Notes: generated by a model from the letters alone, not told the origin. DNA of 64,000 bases from Desulfomonilia bacterium (GCA_963664325.2 CAXXDQ010000007.1:448001-512000); one strand, 5' to 3'; positions 21,150 to 31,277 are shown, counted from the stretch's first letter. Program-made: numbers and translations.

Positions 21150-22151
21150 TTAAACCTGCTCTTCGTTTGAATTTTGTTCAGCTGCATCACCTGAATTCAG
21201 AAAATCCGAGAGTGTCTGCCACACTGGAAGCAATTCTTCCCATACCTTTATAAATTCATCATACCTTTTCTTTCTGAATTCCGCCCTGTCCTTTTCAAGG
21301 CACGCAATCCCGGTTTTCAAACGCGGGATAATGCGTACATTTCCGCTGTATTCAATGGCTCTTCCTGCTTCGTCTTCGAGAAAAACCGGCAGAAAGTGCG
21401 CCCATACATCACAGTCGTGTATATCGCCAAGTATTTCCTGAATTGCCTTTGCCGCCTTGATCGGTTTTCTGAGCCTTGTCCTGAAAAGCGGCTCGAAGCT
21501 TTCCATCGCGTATCTGAGATGCTTTGCGGCAATACGCATCTGATGAAGTTCAACACTGCGAGAAGGCTCTCTGATATACATTTCATAACCGAAAAGTTCC
21601 CCCAGAAGCGCCTTTATTTCCCTTGAAGCAAGCATGAACGCATAACGGCCGGGCTTTGCCGGTTTGTCAAAGGCCATTGTGCCGAGTATGGTCCGGAACA
21701 GTTCCTGCATCTCCGTGAATATCCGGCCGTCCTCCATGCGCGTGACAGCTTTGGTTACAGCCGACTGAAGGCCTTCCCTCCTCTGGGTCAATCTGAGCAG
21801 CAGCCTTCTGATGCCTTCCTTCTGTCTCCTTGTTTCAAGGGAGTCCATAAATTCCCTTATATGGATTATCTGGACATCGGCATCCCGGGCCTCGCCCAGG
21901 GCCCGAGTCAGCGAACGCACCCTTTTTCTGTACATCGAGGCCTTTGCATCAGGCAGACATTCTGCGAAAAGCTTCAGGCGGGTCCTCAATCTCCGGGAGG
22001 CAACCCTCATCCTGTGAAGGAACTCAGCGTCTTCCGCAATCTTTACGCCTTCGGCCTCCCGCATTATGGCCTGGAGCTGTGCCGTTAGCGCCTCTATGCT
22101 GAATTTTACAAACATCCTGTCAGGAGTCGCTGTATCGGCTACTTGTTCCAT
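21150..22151 (-). CDS. CHAD domain polyphosphate-binding protein
   Basis: EFLHRMRVASRRLR, LGEARDADV, LHQMRIAAKHLRY, LGDIHDCDV. Confidence 0.9.
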   Translation of the reverse strand: MEQVADTATPDRMFVKFSIEALTAQLQAIMREAEGVKIAEDAEFLHRMRVASRRLRTRLKLFAECLPDAKASMYRKRVRSLTRALGEARDADVQIIHIREFMDSLETRRQKEGIRRLLLRLTQRREGLQSAVTKAVTRMEDGRIFTEMQELFRTILGTMAFDKPAKPGRYAFMLASREIKALLGELFGYEMYIREPSRSVELHQMRIAAKHLRYAMESFEPLFRTRLRKPIKAAKAIQEILGDIHDCDVWAHFLPVFLEDEAGRAIEYSGNVRIIPRLKTGIACLEKDRAEFRKKRYDEFIKVWEELLPVWQTLSDFLNSGDAAEQNSNEEQV

Positions 22152-24316
22152 GAACCCCTGTTCTCCAGCAGCCACTGCTGCGAATCGATCTCATCCTGTC
22201 CCTCGGCATGCACTATCCTGGAATATGTTCCGTCAGGCAGCAATAGCCTTGATTTGACATTATCATCCAGATGAACTTTCAGTATTCTTTCATAAATAGT
22301 CTTTTTGATCTTTTCATAGAGTATCGGGAACAGGACCTCGATCCGTCTGTCAAGATTTCTCGGCATCATGTCCGCGCTTCCCAGGAACATCTCGTCCTTG
22401 CCCCCGTTCCTGAAATAGAAAATCCGTGCATGTTCAAGAAACCGTCCCACTATGGATGTAACCCTGATGTTCTCGCTTACCCCGGGAATACCCGGTCTTA
22501 GGCAGCATATGCCGCGTATCTGGAGGTCGATTTTCACCCCGGCCTGAGATGCCCGGTAAAGCGCCTGGATAATCTTCTTGTCGACGAGAGAGTTCATTTT
22601 GAATGCAATGTAGCCGTCAGCCTTTTTCCGGTGTCTTTCTATTTCGCGATCAATACGCAAAAGAACTTCCTTCCTCATCCGTCCAGGCGCCACAAGCAGG
22701 CTTGTAAAATCGCTCTTCGCGGAATAGCCCGTGAGAGAATTGAACAGGTCGGTTACATCTTCGCCTATGGCAGGATTGCAGGTAAAAAGCCCGATGTCCG
22801 TATAAATGCGGCTGGTGATCGTGTTGTAGTTGCCGGTGCTCATGTGGACATAGCGTACTATTCCATTTTTCTCGCGGCGCACCACGAGGCAGAGCTTTGC
22901 ATGCACCTTCATGCCGATGAGGCCGTAGACCACATGCACACCCTCTTTTTCAAGCGCACGCGCCCAGTGTATGTTGGTTTCCTCATCAAAGCGCGCCTTC
23001 AGTTCAACCAGTGCGGCCACCTGCTTGCCTTCGATTCTCGCATCCATGAGGGCGTCGTAAATCGGCGAATTGACGCCTGTCCTGTAAAGAGTGAGTTTTA
23101 TTGCCAGTACATCAGGATCTTTTGACGCCTGCCTTATAAAATCGACAACCGGCGTAAAGCTCTCATAGGGGTGGTACAGGATGATATCGCGGTTCCTTAT
23201 TTTACTGAAGATATCGCCGCTGCCTGAAAAAACCTTCGGCACGGAAGGTATGTATCCAGTATCCTTAAGGTCCGGCCTGTTGATCTTTGCAAGCTGCATA
23301 AGGTCGGTCGTACCCATCAGGGATTTCGTTACAAAAACCAGATAAGGCTCCACTTTTAAATTTCTCATGAGGATATCTCTGATTCTTGCAGGCATGGTTT
23401 CATTCACTTCAAGCTTAACCGCAATACCGAAATGCCTCAAATCAAGACCTTCCTCGACCGTTGTCAGGAGGTCGGAGGCCTCGTCGTCCTCTATTTCTAT
23501 ATCGGCGTCCCTTGTAATCCTGAACGGATATGAGGCGTCCACCTTCAATCCCGGAAAAAGCGTGTCCAGATTAGCGGCAACAACTTCTTCCAGAGGGACA
23601 AAGCAGTATCTTCCCTGCTTTGCCAGAGGCTCAAACTCTGTCTTGTCGTCACTTTTTTCTGGAATTCCAATGAACCTCGGGAATATATCGGGCATCTTCA
23701 GCCATGCAAACCTGTCGCCTTTCTTCGAGTCGTTTATCATAACGGCCAGATTGAGGCTCAGACTCGAAATATGCGGAAACGGATGCGAGGGGTCAAAGGC
23801 CAGCGGCGTTAAAACAGGGAATATCTCCTTTCTGAAATACTCCCTCAAATAATCTTTATCCTCCTTCTTCAGCGACTGGTAGGAAAGCACGCTGATTCCG
23901 GCCTCTTTCAGTTTCGGCCTGAGGTCCTCCTCCCAGCATTTATCCCTGGTTTCCAGAAGGGGCTGCAGCATCTTCCTGATTTCCTGAAGCTGTTCGCCAG
24001 GGAGCATGCCGTCTATAGAACGCTCCTGGGAACCCGACGCAAGCTGATCCCGCAGGCCTGAAACCCGTATCATGAAAAACTCGTCCAGGTTGCTCCCGAA
24101 TATCGAGAGAAACTTGACCCGCTCCAGAAGCGGCTGGGACTGGTCCAGAGCCTCCTCCAGCACTCTGGAATTGAACTGAAGCCAGCTCAGTTCCCGGTTG
24201 ATGTAAAGCCCGGGATCATTGAGAGAATCCATGCCTGTCTTTGCAGAGACCTTTTCCGGAGCCTTTTTACCTGCTATACGCTTTTTCACATCTTTTGGTT
24301 TCTTTTCTTTCTTCAT
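22139..24316 (-). CDS. ppk1: Polyphosphate kinase 1
   Basis: YINRELSWLQFNSRVL, NLDEFFMIRV, HPFPHI, HPYESF, ELKARFDEE, KVHAK, GRFLEHAR. Confidence 0.97.
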   Translation of the reverse strand: MKKEKKPKDVKKRIAGKKAPEKVSAKTGMDSLNDPGLYINRELSWLQFNSRVLEEALDQSQPLLERVKFLSIFGSNLDEFFMIRVSGLRDQLASGSQERSIDGMLPGEQLQEIRKMLQPLLETRDKCWEEDLRPKLKEAGISVLSYQSLKKEDKDYLREYFRKEIFPVLTPLAFDPSHPFPHISSLSLNLAVMINDSKKGDRFAWLKMPDIFPRFIGIPEKSDDKTEFEPLAKQGRYCFVPLEEVVAANLDTLFPGLKVDASYPFRITRDADIEIEDDEASDLLTTVEEGLDLRHFGIAVKLEVNETMPARIRDILMRNLKVEPYLVFVTKSLMGTTDLMQLAKINRPDLKDTGYIPSVPKVFSGSGDIFSKIRNRDIILYHPYESFTPVVDFIRQASKDPDVLAIKLTLYRTGVNSPIYDALMDARIEGKQVAALVELKARFDEETNIHWARALEKEGVHVVYGLIGMKVHAKLCLVVRREKNGIVRYVHMSTGNYNTITSRIYTDIGLFTCNPAIGEDVTDLFNSLTGYSAKSDFTSLLVAPGRMRKEVLLRIDREIERHRKKADGYIAFKMNSLVDKKIIQALYRASQAGVKIDLQIRGICCLRPGIPGVSENIRVTSIVGRFLEHARIFYFRNGGKDEMFLGSADMMPRNLDRRIEVLFPILYEKIKKTIYERILKVHLDDNVKSRLLLPDGTYSRIVHAEGQDEIDSQQWLLENRGSWNK

Positions 24317-24447
24317 TCTATATTGTTCGGCTGTGAGGCTCCTTTTTCTTTACAGTTTTCTTGTATCAATCACCTATGAACCCCAACACGCCTGCATAAA
24401 TTATGTTGATGAACAGGATGCCCTTGATTGAAAAACAGCACGACAGG

Positions 24448-24810
24448 TTATCTGGCAAATATCATTTTCAGTGATATCGCAAACAAAGCTATCCCGAATA
24501 TTTTTTCCAACAGCGTTTCCGGCAGGGTTACAGCCAGCTTTGCTCCTAAAAGACTGCCAATGAAGAAACCAAGGCAGATAATAAATGCAATTTTTATATC
24601 GACATAACCCTGTTTGTAATATGCCCATGCGCCCAGAATACCTATGGGCGGAATTAATAAGGCCAATGTCGTACCCTGAGCCATATGCTGTGAAAAACCA
24701 AAAAGAAATATCAGGGCAGGAACAATTATGACTCCTCCGCCTATGCCTATCAGGCCGCTCAAGCTCCCTGAAACCAGACCCAAGCCAAGAAAAAGCAGGA
24801 TTCTGACCAT
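24448..24810 (-). CDS. Short TauE/SafE (TSUP) family membrane protein
   Basis: SGLIGIGGGVIIVPAL...QHMAQGTTL. Confidence 0.85.
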   Translation of the reverse strand: MVRILLFLGLGLVSGSLSGLIGIGGGVIIVPALIFLFGFSQHMAQGTTLALLIPPIGILGAWAYYKQGYVDIKIAFIICLGFFIGSLLGAKLAVTLPETLLEKIFGIALFAISLKMIFAR

Positions 24811-24877
24811 TATCTCCTCCTAATTTGTCGGCCGCATAATTCAGCCCGGTATCATATTCCCTAATTATTGATATTCG

Positions 24878-25816
24878 TCAGGCAAATGTGAACCTTGTCC
24901 CTGACATGCTCAGGATGAATGCCGGCAGTTCCTTCTCCATGGCCATCATGGCGGTCCTGCCGGTGCAGTGGCACGGGATGATATGTTCGGGTGCAATCTG
25001 CTTCAGTTCATTGATCGTGGGTGTGACGACGGCATCCATGTTCGCTCCTCCCAGGTGGAAGCCGCCTATTACGGCGTGGACCTTTTCGATTCCGGTCACT
25101 TTGCGCGCATGTCTGATCGTGTTGATAACGCCTGCATGGGCACAGCCCGTAAGAATTACGAGACCCTTGCCTCTCAATGAAAAGACAAGTGAAGAATCAT
25201 CGATGATGTCATCCTTGTGTTCGCCCGAACCGTCGGCATAAGTCGCAAAAGGCATGCCCTGCTCGAACGCGGTCTGTCTGGGAACCTCTCCCAGAAACAG
25301 GGAGTATCCGCCTATCATTTCAACAGGTTTTTCCGAGAGAATCATCTCAAGCCCCATTACGGAAAGACTCTCTTTCTTTAATTCAGGGAATCTCAGTTTG
25401 AAGTCTTCTGTGAATTTCAGATAGCGGTTGCTGTCAAGAGCAAAGGGATGCAGAAAAATTTTCAGAGGCTTTCCGATTTTTTCAGTAATTTTTTCGATGC
25501 CCCCTGTATGGTCCATATGGCCGTGTGAGAGTGCAAGTTCTTCTATCTTCGACGTGTCAACTCCAAGCGCATCCATATTATGAACCACGCCTTCCGGTGA
25601 ATACCCGAAATCAAAAAGGAGCGTGTGTTCGGTGACACCGTCAGTCGTTTTCACAAGGGCCGAAAACCCGTGTTCCGCAATGACGGAATTCTTTATGTAA
25701 CCATCCTTAACTGGATTGGCCCTGGCTGCAACCGGGCTTGCCGGAGCTTCAACAAGGTCTATATAGTTGTCCTGGAGAACGAGTATCTCAATCTTTTCAG
25801 ATTCTTTTATCTTCAT
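24878..25816 (-). CDS. MBL-fold metallo-hydrolase (DHPS-like subfamily)
   Basis: AEHGFS, LLFDFG, SHGHMDHTGG, GCAHAG, GGFHL, PCHCTG. Confidence 0.9.
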   Translation of the reverse strand: MKIKESEKIEILVLQDNYIDLVEAPASPVAARANPVKDGYIKNSVIAEHGFSALVKTTDGVTEHTLLFDFGYSPEGVVHNMDALGVDTSKIEELALSHGHMDHTGGIEKITEKIGKPLKIFLHPFALDSNRYLKFTEDFKLRFPELKKESLSVMGLEMILSEKPVEMIGGYSLFLGEVPRQTAFEQGMPFATYADGSGEHKDDIIDDSSLVFSLRGKGLVILTGCAHAGVINTIRHARKVTGIEKVHAVIGGFHLGGANMDAVVTPTINELKQIAPEHIIPCHCTGRTAMMAMEKELPAFILSMSGTRFTFA

Positions 25817-25830
25817 TTGCAATCTCCCCT

Positions 25831-26310
25831 TTATTTATTAAACGCTTCGATAACGGCATCCGGAACCCTGACCGCAACAACTTCACCCCGTGCGCACTCG
25901 ACTCCGCCAGAAGAAAGAATGGTAGTTATTATAACCTTTTTGGGCTTTATCTCTTTTGCGCTTGATCTGAGTTCAAGAGGCACCCCCATCGGCGTCGGGC
26001 TCTTGAAATCGACATGAAGCGCAGCGGTCAGAAACCTTATTTCCGGCTTGCTTCCGATCTCCCTGCCTTCGGCACGCGCTGCATAGGCGGCCGCCGAACC
26101 CGTGCTGTGGCAGTCAATAATCGATGCTATGAGACCGCCGTACACCATTCCCGGGATCGCCATGTATTTCCCGTCAGGAATAAAGGTGCAGACCGTTTCG
26201 TCTCCGTCCCAGAAGCTTTTTATCTGCAAACCTTCGCTGTTCAATCTTCCGCAGCCATAGCAATGGCTGAAGTTGTCCGGATAACAATCCTGAAAGGCCT
26301 TATTGTTCAT
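25831..26310 (-). CDS. PaaI-family thioesterase
   Basis: HCYGCG, YGGLIASIIDCH, hot-dog fold; start inferred at the ATG overlapping the upstream gene end. Confidence 0.85.
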   Translation of the reverse strand: MNNKAFQDCYPDNFSHCYGCGRLNSEGLQIKSFWDGDETVCTFIPDGKYMAIPGMVYGGLIASIIDCHSTGSAAAYAARAEGREIGSKPEIRFLTAALHVDFKSPTPMGVPLELRSSAKEIKPKKVIITTILSSGGVECARGEVVAVRVPDAVIEAFNK

Positions 26311-26662
26311 GGCAGCCGTGCTCATGGAGTTCACATGCGACTCCCGAATCCGTCAGGTTTCCTGAAAGCCAGGCCAGCATCACTTCTTTTACATCGCCGG
26401 AACAGCCCCTCACAACATCGATCCCGACGCTGTTGAGCACATTGACCGCACCCTGGCCCATAATGCCGGCAAGCATCAGGGTAACTCCCATCTGTTTGAG
26501 CGTACCGGCTATGTTGGACCTGCAGCCGCAGCCCGCCTGGGAACTGACAATTTCCAGCGCAGCGATTGATCTTTTCTCGTCAACCGTAAAAACCGTAAAA
26601 TACTCGCAATGTCCGAAATGTTCATCTATCCTGTTCTGTCTCGATGGTAACGCTATTTTCAT
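26300..26662 (-). CDS. NifB/NifX-family Mo-Fe cluster-binding protein
   Basis: MKIALP...HFGHCEYF...GCGC...MGQGA. Confidence 0.9.
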   Translation of the reverse strand: MKIALPSRQNRIDEHFGHCEYFTVFTVDEKRSIAALEIVSSQAGCGCRSNIAGTLKQMGVTLMLAGIMGQGAVNVLNSVGIDVVRGCSGDVKEVMLAWLSGNLTDSGVACELHEHGCHEQ

Positions 26663-26672
26663 TTTTTTCTCC

Positions 26673-27074
26673 TTAAACTTTTCTTATATTTTTTCTGCAG
26701 TAGGGACATCTTCCCGCGTTATTCATCCCCTCGCAGAGAACTGTCGCCCTTTTGCAGTTTTCGCAAGGATTCATGCCGGGCTTGACGATAAAGATATCAC
26801 CCCCGCTTATTCTGAGGGCCTTTCCGTTCACAATAAAATCTGCGATCTTCTGCTGGGCTGATTCGATTATCCTGCCGAATGTCGGACGTGATATGTTCAT
26901 CATAGCCGCTGCCTGTTCCTGGTACATGCCCTCGTAGTGCGCAAGCCTTACGGCCTCGAATTCATCCAGGCTCAGATGAACTTCCCCGCAGGAAGAAGCC
27001 TTCACTCCTTCCGGCTTAAAGCATGTATTCTCCGGCATCAGGCCTATGTTTCTGCAGCACTTGGGTCTGGGCAA
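26673..27074 (-). CDS. DUF134 DNA-binding protein with Cys-rich tail
   Basis: MPRPKCCR...FKPEG...LDEFEAVRL...QEQAAAMMNISRPTFGR...GKALRISGG. Confidence 0.92.
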   Translation of the reverse strand: MPRPKCCRNIGLMPENTCFKPEGVKASSCGEVHLSLDEFEAVRLAHYEGMYQEQAAAMMNISRPTFGRIIESAQQKIADFIVNGKALRISGGDIFIVKPGMNPCENCKRATVLCEGMNNAGRCPYCRKNIRKV

Positions 27075-27094
27075 ATCGAGCTCCTATTAAATTT

Positions 27095-27123
27095 GTTATA
27101 AGCATATGCTCATAATATTTCAA
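27095..27123 (-). promoter_or_regulatory. Sigma70 promoter with a 20-bp palindromic operator upstream of the DUF134 operon
   Basis: Minus strand TTGAAA-N17-TATAAC. TTATAAGCATATGCTCATAA (27096-27115, 9/10 pairs) spans the spacer and the -10. Confidence 0.65.
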
Positions 27124-27198
27124 GGTTTTATTGTATGCGTAAACATTTGAAGAGACAGCAGGAATGCTTACTGGAATCTACAGAGGTCAGAATCTTTT

Positions 27199-28728
27199 TT
27201 ATTTTTCTGTCTTTAACCTCAATGAACGTTCGAATCCGGGCAGCCGTGACTCATTGACAAAAAGTCTGTACGGCCTTCTGATCTTCCACCCCTTCATAAC
27301 AGGATCATACATGCCTATTTTTCTGCCAGAAAAAATAAGTTTCGGATATTTATTATTCTTCCGTTCAAATACTGCCAGTTCTATCCTTTTAACCTTTGGC
27401 AGCAGTTTTATGAAAATTCCTGAACGCGACAGGCCATGATAAACGCAGTGGAGCAGCCTTGATATAAAACGCATGACAGGCCTGCGCACCTTTACCAGAT
27501 GCATCTCCGCAACACCCAATAAACCTCCATAAATCCTGCGCATCCGGCCATCTCTATGTGATTCGCAAACCCGGCCGATAACATTAATCCTGTCAATTGT
27601 ATATGGGTCGGGATTGGCATTACTATCTCCCTTTGTCCGGATCTTGGAGTCTTTTACTTCAATAATTCTGTGGACTATCGTATCTTCCCTGGTTTCAGTC
27701 TTGTAGCATATTACATCGCCTTTTTTTATCCTTGAGCCGGCATCATAAGGAATAACAGTCATCATTTCAGGTTCGATAAATGTAGGATTCATGCTTACGC
27801 CGCGATAGACGAAATACAAACAGTTTCCATTTTTCCTTTTTTGAACATAATCATTTTCAGACAGCCTGACGTTCACTTCTTCAATCTCTCTCCTTTGAAG
27901 GATAACAGATTTAAGGGTCTTTTCCATCTCCTTCCAGAATTCACCGGTAAGGCTGATATGAAGCTGGAAGGCAGGGACAGATTGGGACAGTACATTCGCT
28001 CTTTTAATAAAGTTTTTAACAAGCCCTTGTTTTTCCCTAGCAGTAAACATATTCGAGCGTGTGACATGTTCGACAGTATCAATGATCATGGCCTTCGCAT
28101 GCGCCTTGTCAACCGGTATTGCAAAGTCATTAGGTGACTGCACCAGGAAAAATATCACATTAAGCTGAATTCCATCCTCAACTTTCCAGCTCCCGCCTGG
28201 CCCCTTCGTATAAAACCTGCTCCATGTAGGCCAGGGATGGGCTCTGAAGCCACCATTGCCATCAGGTATAATTATCGTCGCGTCGTCGCAGTAAGAAATC
28301 CAGGGTCCGGGCAGCCTCATGCTGGCTGTGGATTTGCCGATAGTCCCCGGACCGGCCATAATTGCGCCTGCTCCATCATGCGAACACAATGCACCGTGAA
28401 TGAGCATTCCGCCCTTATTCGTAGCATCGATAACAACAGCCTGGGCAATCCTTTCCACCTGGATATTGAACATCTCTCTGTTTTCGGCCGGATTGAGTAT
28501 GCAAAGGATCGGCTCTTCGTCGTTTTCAGGTATAACGAGCTTTTTTTCACCTCTTTCATGTTCCTTTACACAGACCAGAATTTTTCTGCCCTGTTCTTCT
28601 ACTTTCTCAAGCTGCATGATTTCCGCAAGCTTTTGAACAAACGTTTCCGCTTTTTTATCGGTTGGGATGATTGAATATCCAATTGATTCCGTCAGTTTCA
28701 TTACGGGATTCTTATTGATAGTATTCAT
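27199..28728 (-). CDS. scmC: SynChlorMet cassette ScmC-like protein (HPr-kinase-like P-loop) fused to an S26/S24 peptidase domain
   Basis: GGMLIHGAL...AGPGTIGKST...CDDA...RAHPWPTWS. C-terminal GVSMNPT...GDVICY...IVHRII...TKGDSN..PD (signal peptidase I, Ser-His type). Confidence 0.8.
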   Translation of the reverse strand: MNTINKNPVMKLTESIGYSIIPTDKKAETFVQKLAEIMQLEKVEEQGRKILVCVKEHERGEKKLVIPENDEEPILCILNPAENREMFNIQVERIAQAVVIDATNKGGMLIHGALCSHDGAGAIMAGPGTIGKSTASMRLPGPWISYCDDATIIIPDGNGGFRAHPWPTWSRFYTKGPGGSWKVEDGIQLNVIFFLVQSPNDFAIPVDKAHAKAMIIDTVEHVTRSNMFTAREKQGLVKNFIKRANVLSQSVPAFQLHISLTGEFWKEMEKTLKSVILQRREIEEVNVRLSENDYVQKRKNGNCLYFVYRGVSMNPTFIEPEMMTVIPYDAGSRIKKGDVICYKTETREDTIVHRIIEVKDSKIRTKGDSNANPDPYTIDRINVIGRVCESHRDGRMRRIYGGLLGVAEMHLVKVRRPVMRFISRLLHCVYHGLSRSGIFIKLLPKVKRIELAVFERKNNKYPKLIFSGRKIGMYDPVMKGWKIRRPYRLFVNESRLPGFERSLRLKTEK

Positions 28729-28742
28729 GGCGAAGTGATTTT

Positions 28743-29909
28743 CTAATTTAGCTGCTTCTTTTTTCTCGACGCAGCGAACCTTCCTGATTCATTCGCCTCA
28801 AGGCACATGGTATGCGGCCATAGGAGTCTGCCGAAGTTCGAGTAGTTCTGCACAACACAGCCTGTCCTGCATTTGCGCATGAATATGCAGTTGCGGCACA
28901 GTTCCGGATAATTCGCGAAATCCATTAGATCATTTCTGAGTCTCACGACCGCCGGATGGTTGAGCCATATGTTCCTGATCGAATCTTCTCCGAGCTTGCC
29001 GTAAACAAGTTCGGGCATGGTCCTGCCTATTCCGCACAGAGCAATAGCCCCTGAGCCAAGGATGCCGAGTATATGGTCAACCCCGCAATCGCCTGCATTG
29101 GTATTTGAAACAAGCTCTTTAATCGGTCTTAAAGAAAGCGGAATGTTAATTATAACAGGTATGCGGGAAATCTTTTTCAGAGAGCCCCTCACAAAATCAG
29201 ACAGCTCAATTATTTCCTTAAGTGCAAGTGTCTCGTTCCTCTCGTGCATGAGGATGCCTCGGCCGTTGTTTGTCACAGGATTCAACTTTACCGAACCCGC
29301 GCCCTTCGACGCCGCCATCTTGACGAGCTCTTCAACCTCGCCGACATTGCCCCTATGAGGGGACATGATTATCTGCACGTTCTTGTAGCCGGCATCGACA
29401 AGGCACCTTAGACCGTTCAGAGCCGTCTTGTAAGCGCCTTTGACGCCTCTGAACCTGTCATGGGATTCCTCATGTATGCTGTCCAGACTTATTGATATGA
29501 AGCTGATCTTCGTCTCTTCCCTTAGAAACCTCGCCTTTTCTTCATCGAGGAGCGTGCCATTGGTTTCCATATTCAGGCTCAATCCCTCTTCGGAGAGCAT
29601 TCTGGCTATTTCCCTGAACCTCGGATGTATCATCGGTTCGCCACCGGTAAGCTTGGCGTTGGTCAGACCGAGCGGCTTCGCCTCATTCACTGCCTGTCTT
29701 AAAAGCTCTATGTCAATGACCTCGCCGGGAGACGGCTTCCCGTTTACGAAAGAAGGCGTTATCCAGCAGTGCCTGCACTTCAGATTACAGCTGTCAGACA
29801 TGTAGAGGTAAAACGCTCTCAGAACCGGGACGCCTTCAGGCAGATCGGGATTTCTCTTATTGTCACTATCAACCATATCGCTGCTTAAGCAAAGATCGGT
29901 CATTCTCAA
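28743..29909 (-). CDS. scmF: Radical SAM/SPASM peptide maturase, ScmF-like
   Basis: YLYMSDSCNLKCRHCWITP; SPASM CGVDHILGILG...ALCGIG...CRNC...CRTGC. Start could be a slightly downstream ATG. Confidence 0.82.
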   Translation of the reverse strand: MRMTDLCLSSDMVDSDNKRNPDLPEGVPVLRAFYLYMSDSCNLKCRHCWITPSFVNGKPSPGEVIDIELLRQAVNEAKPLGLTNAKLTGGEPMIHPRFREIARMLSEEGLSLNMETNGTLLDEEKARFLREETKISFISISLDSIHEESHDRFRGVKGAYKTALNGLRCLVDAGYKNVQIIMSPHRGNVGEVEELVKMAASKGAGSVKLNPVTNNGRGILMHERNETLALKEIIELSDFVRGSLKKISRIPVIINIPLSLRPIKELVSNTNAGDCGVDHILGILGSGAIALCGIGRTMPELVYGKLGEDSIRNIWLNHPAVVRLRNDLMDFANYPELCRNCIFMRKCRTGCVVQNYSNFGRLLWPHTMCLEANESGRFAASRKKKQLN

Positions 29910-31012
29910 ACCTCTTGAAGATATTTTTTATAGCAGACAAGCGGATCAATGGAGTTCAACATACCGGTCTTTGACATGACTGTTCCGGGACATCCGCCGG
30001 TGCAGAATCCTGCATACAGACAGCCCCGGCATTCTTCGGCCTCGGTTATTGGAATTTTGCGTCGCTCCCTCACAATATTTATGTTCGGGTGAGCCTGCCA
30101 GACCTCTTTGAGCGAAACCTCTCCCATTTTTCCCATGACCAGGGTGGGCAGCATGTTGCACGGCACATATGTTCCGTCGTGCAGAACCGCCATCTTGTTG
30201 AACACTCCCCCACAGGAGCAGAATGTTCCTCTGCCTTTCATCGAGGTTTCACCTCTTTCAAGCCTCTCACTGATTTCCCTCATCATCCTGGCCCTTGTCA
30301 GCGGCCCGGCCTGTGCGCTTATACGACCGCCGTATCTTTCATCGATCGAGACAAGCGTAACCATTGCCTTCTTTCTTTCTTCTATACTCAGTATGATATC
30401 CTGGCCGTTGCAGCGGGCGCTTCCCATATAGTCGGCCTCGTTCGTGCTGAATCCGGACAGACCCACGTCATCTATGAGCAGCTCGGCAATGTTTTCAAGG
30501 TCATTTACATTATGGCGGTTTATGGTAACCCTCACGGTGACGGGAAAACCATGTTTTTTCAGTAGTCTGAGTGCGCCTATCGCCTTTTCGAAACTCCGGG
30601 GAGGCCTGCTCTTGTCATGGATGTCCGGTCTTGAACCGTCGACTGAAATCTGGATGGAATCGAGCCTCTGCCTGCGTTTTCCTTTAAAGAATTCGCTTAT
30701 GGTTTTCTCGTCAATGAGCGTGCCGTTGGAAAGTATTTTGTATCTCATCTTGTTGTCTATGACACTGTCGATGATTTCGAAAAGGTCTTTTCTTATGAAC
30801 ACTTCGCCCCCGCTCAGGCAGACCTTCTGAACCCCCAGACCACCCGCTTCACTGAAAAATGCAAGCCAGTCCCCGGTAGGAAGATCATCCGCCTTTTCCA
30901 TGCTCTCTGCATAAAAGCAGTAGCGGCATTTAAGGGTGCATTTTCCTGTAAGTCCTATGTCGAGTTCAAGTGGGGCGGATGATATTCCGGGATAACCTTC
31001 AGGAGATTTCAT
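29906..31012 (-). CDS. scmE: Radical SAM/SPASM peptide maturase, ScmE-like
   Basis: LDIGLTGKCTLKCRYC; SPASM CSCGG...VPCNML...CRGC..AGFCTGGCP...DPLVC. Overlaps both neighbours. Confidence 0.82.
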   Translation of the reverse strand: MKSPEGYPGISSAPLELDIGLTGKCTLKCRYCFYAESMEKADDLPTGDWLAFFSEAGGLGVQKVCLSGGEVFIRKDLFEIIDSVIDNKMRYKILSNGTLIDEKTISEFFKGKRRQRLDSIQISVDGSRPDIHDKSRPPRSFEKAIGALRLLKKHGFPVTVRVTINRHNVNDLENIAELLIDDVGLSGFSTNEADYMGSARCNGQDIILSIEERKKAMVTLVSIDERYGGRISAQAGPLTRARMMREISERLERGETSMKGRGTFCSCGGVFNKMAVLHDGTYVPCNMLPTLVMGKMGEVSLKEVWQAHPNINIVRERRKIPITEAEECRGCLYAGFCTGGCPGTVMSKTGMLNSIDPLVCYKKYLQEV

Positions 31013-31277
31013 TTATAAAATTTACTCCCAGCATTTTTATGAAGTTTTCCGCATCATTTTTTGCGCTTTCAAAGTCTATACCGCTGAAGCTCTCGACAAG
31101 GAAGGCGGCTATTTCATCCAGAGTCCTCGGCTTTTCTATGAAAACCCATATTAGCCCGCCCGTTACATTCATTATCGTGCTTAAATCCATGTCAGGGTTA
31201 TATAGAACCGCGCCTTCATGGTCTTCATCTCTGAACGAGACATCCGGGTTCGACTGATATCTTATTCCATTCGCCAT
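30999..31277 (-). CDS. scmD: PqqD/RRE peptide-recognition protein (type A, ScmD-like)
   Basis: 92 aa: NPDVSFRDE...GAVLYNPD...MNVTGGLIW...TLDEIA..L...F...AKNDAENFI. Confidence 0.85.
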   Translation of the reverse strand: MANGIRYQSNPDVSFRDEDHEGAVLYNPDMDLSTIMNVTGGLIWVFIEKPRTLDEIAAFLVESFSGIDFESAKNDAENFIKMLGVNFINEIS

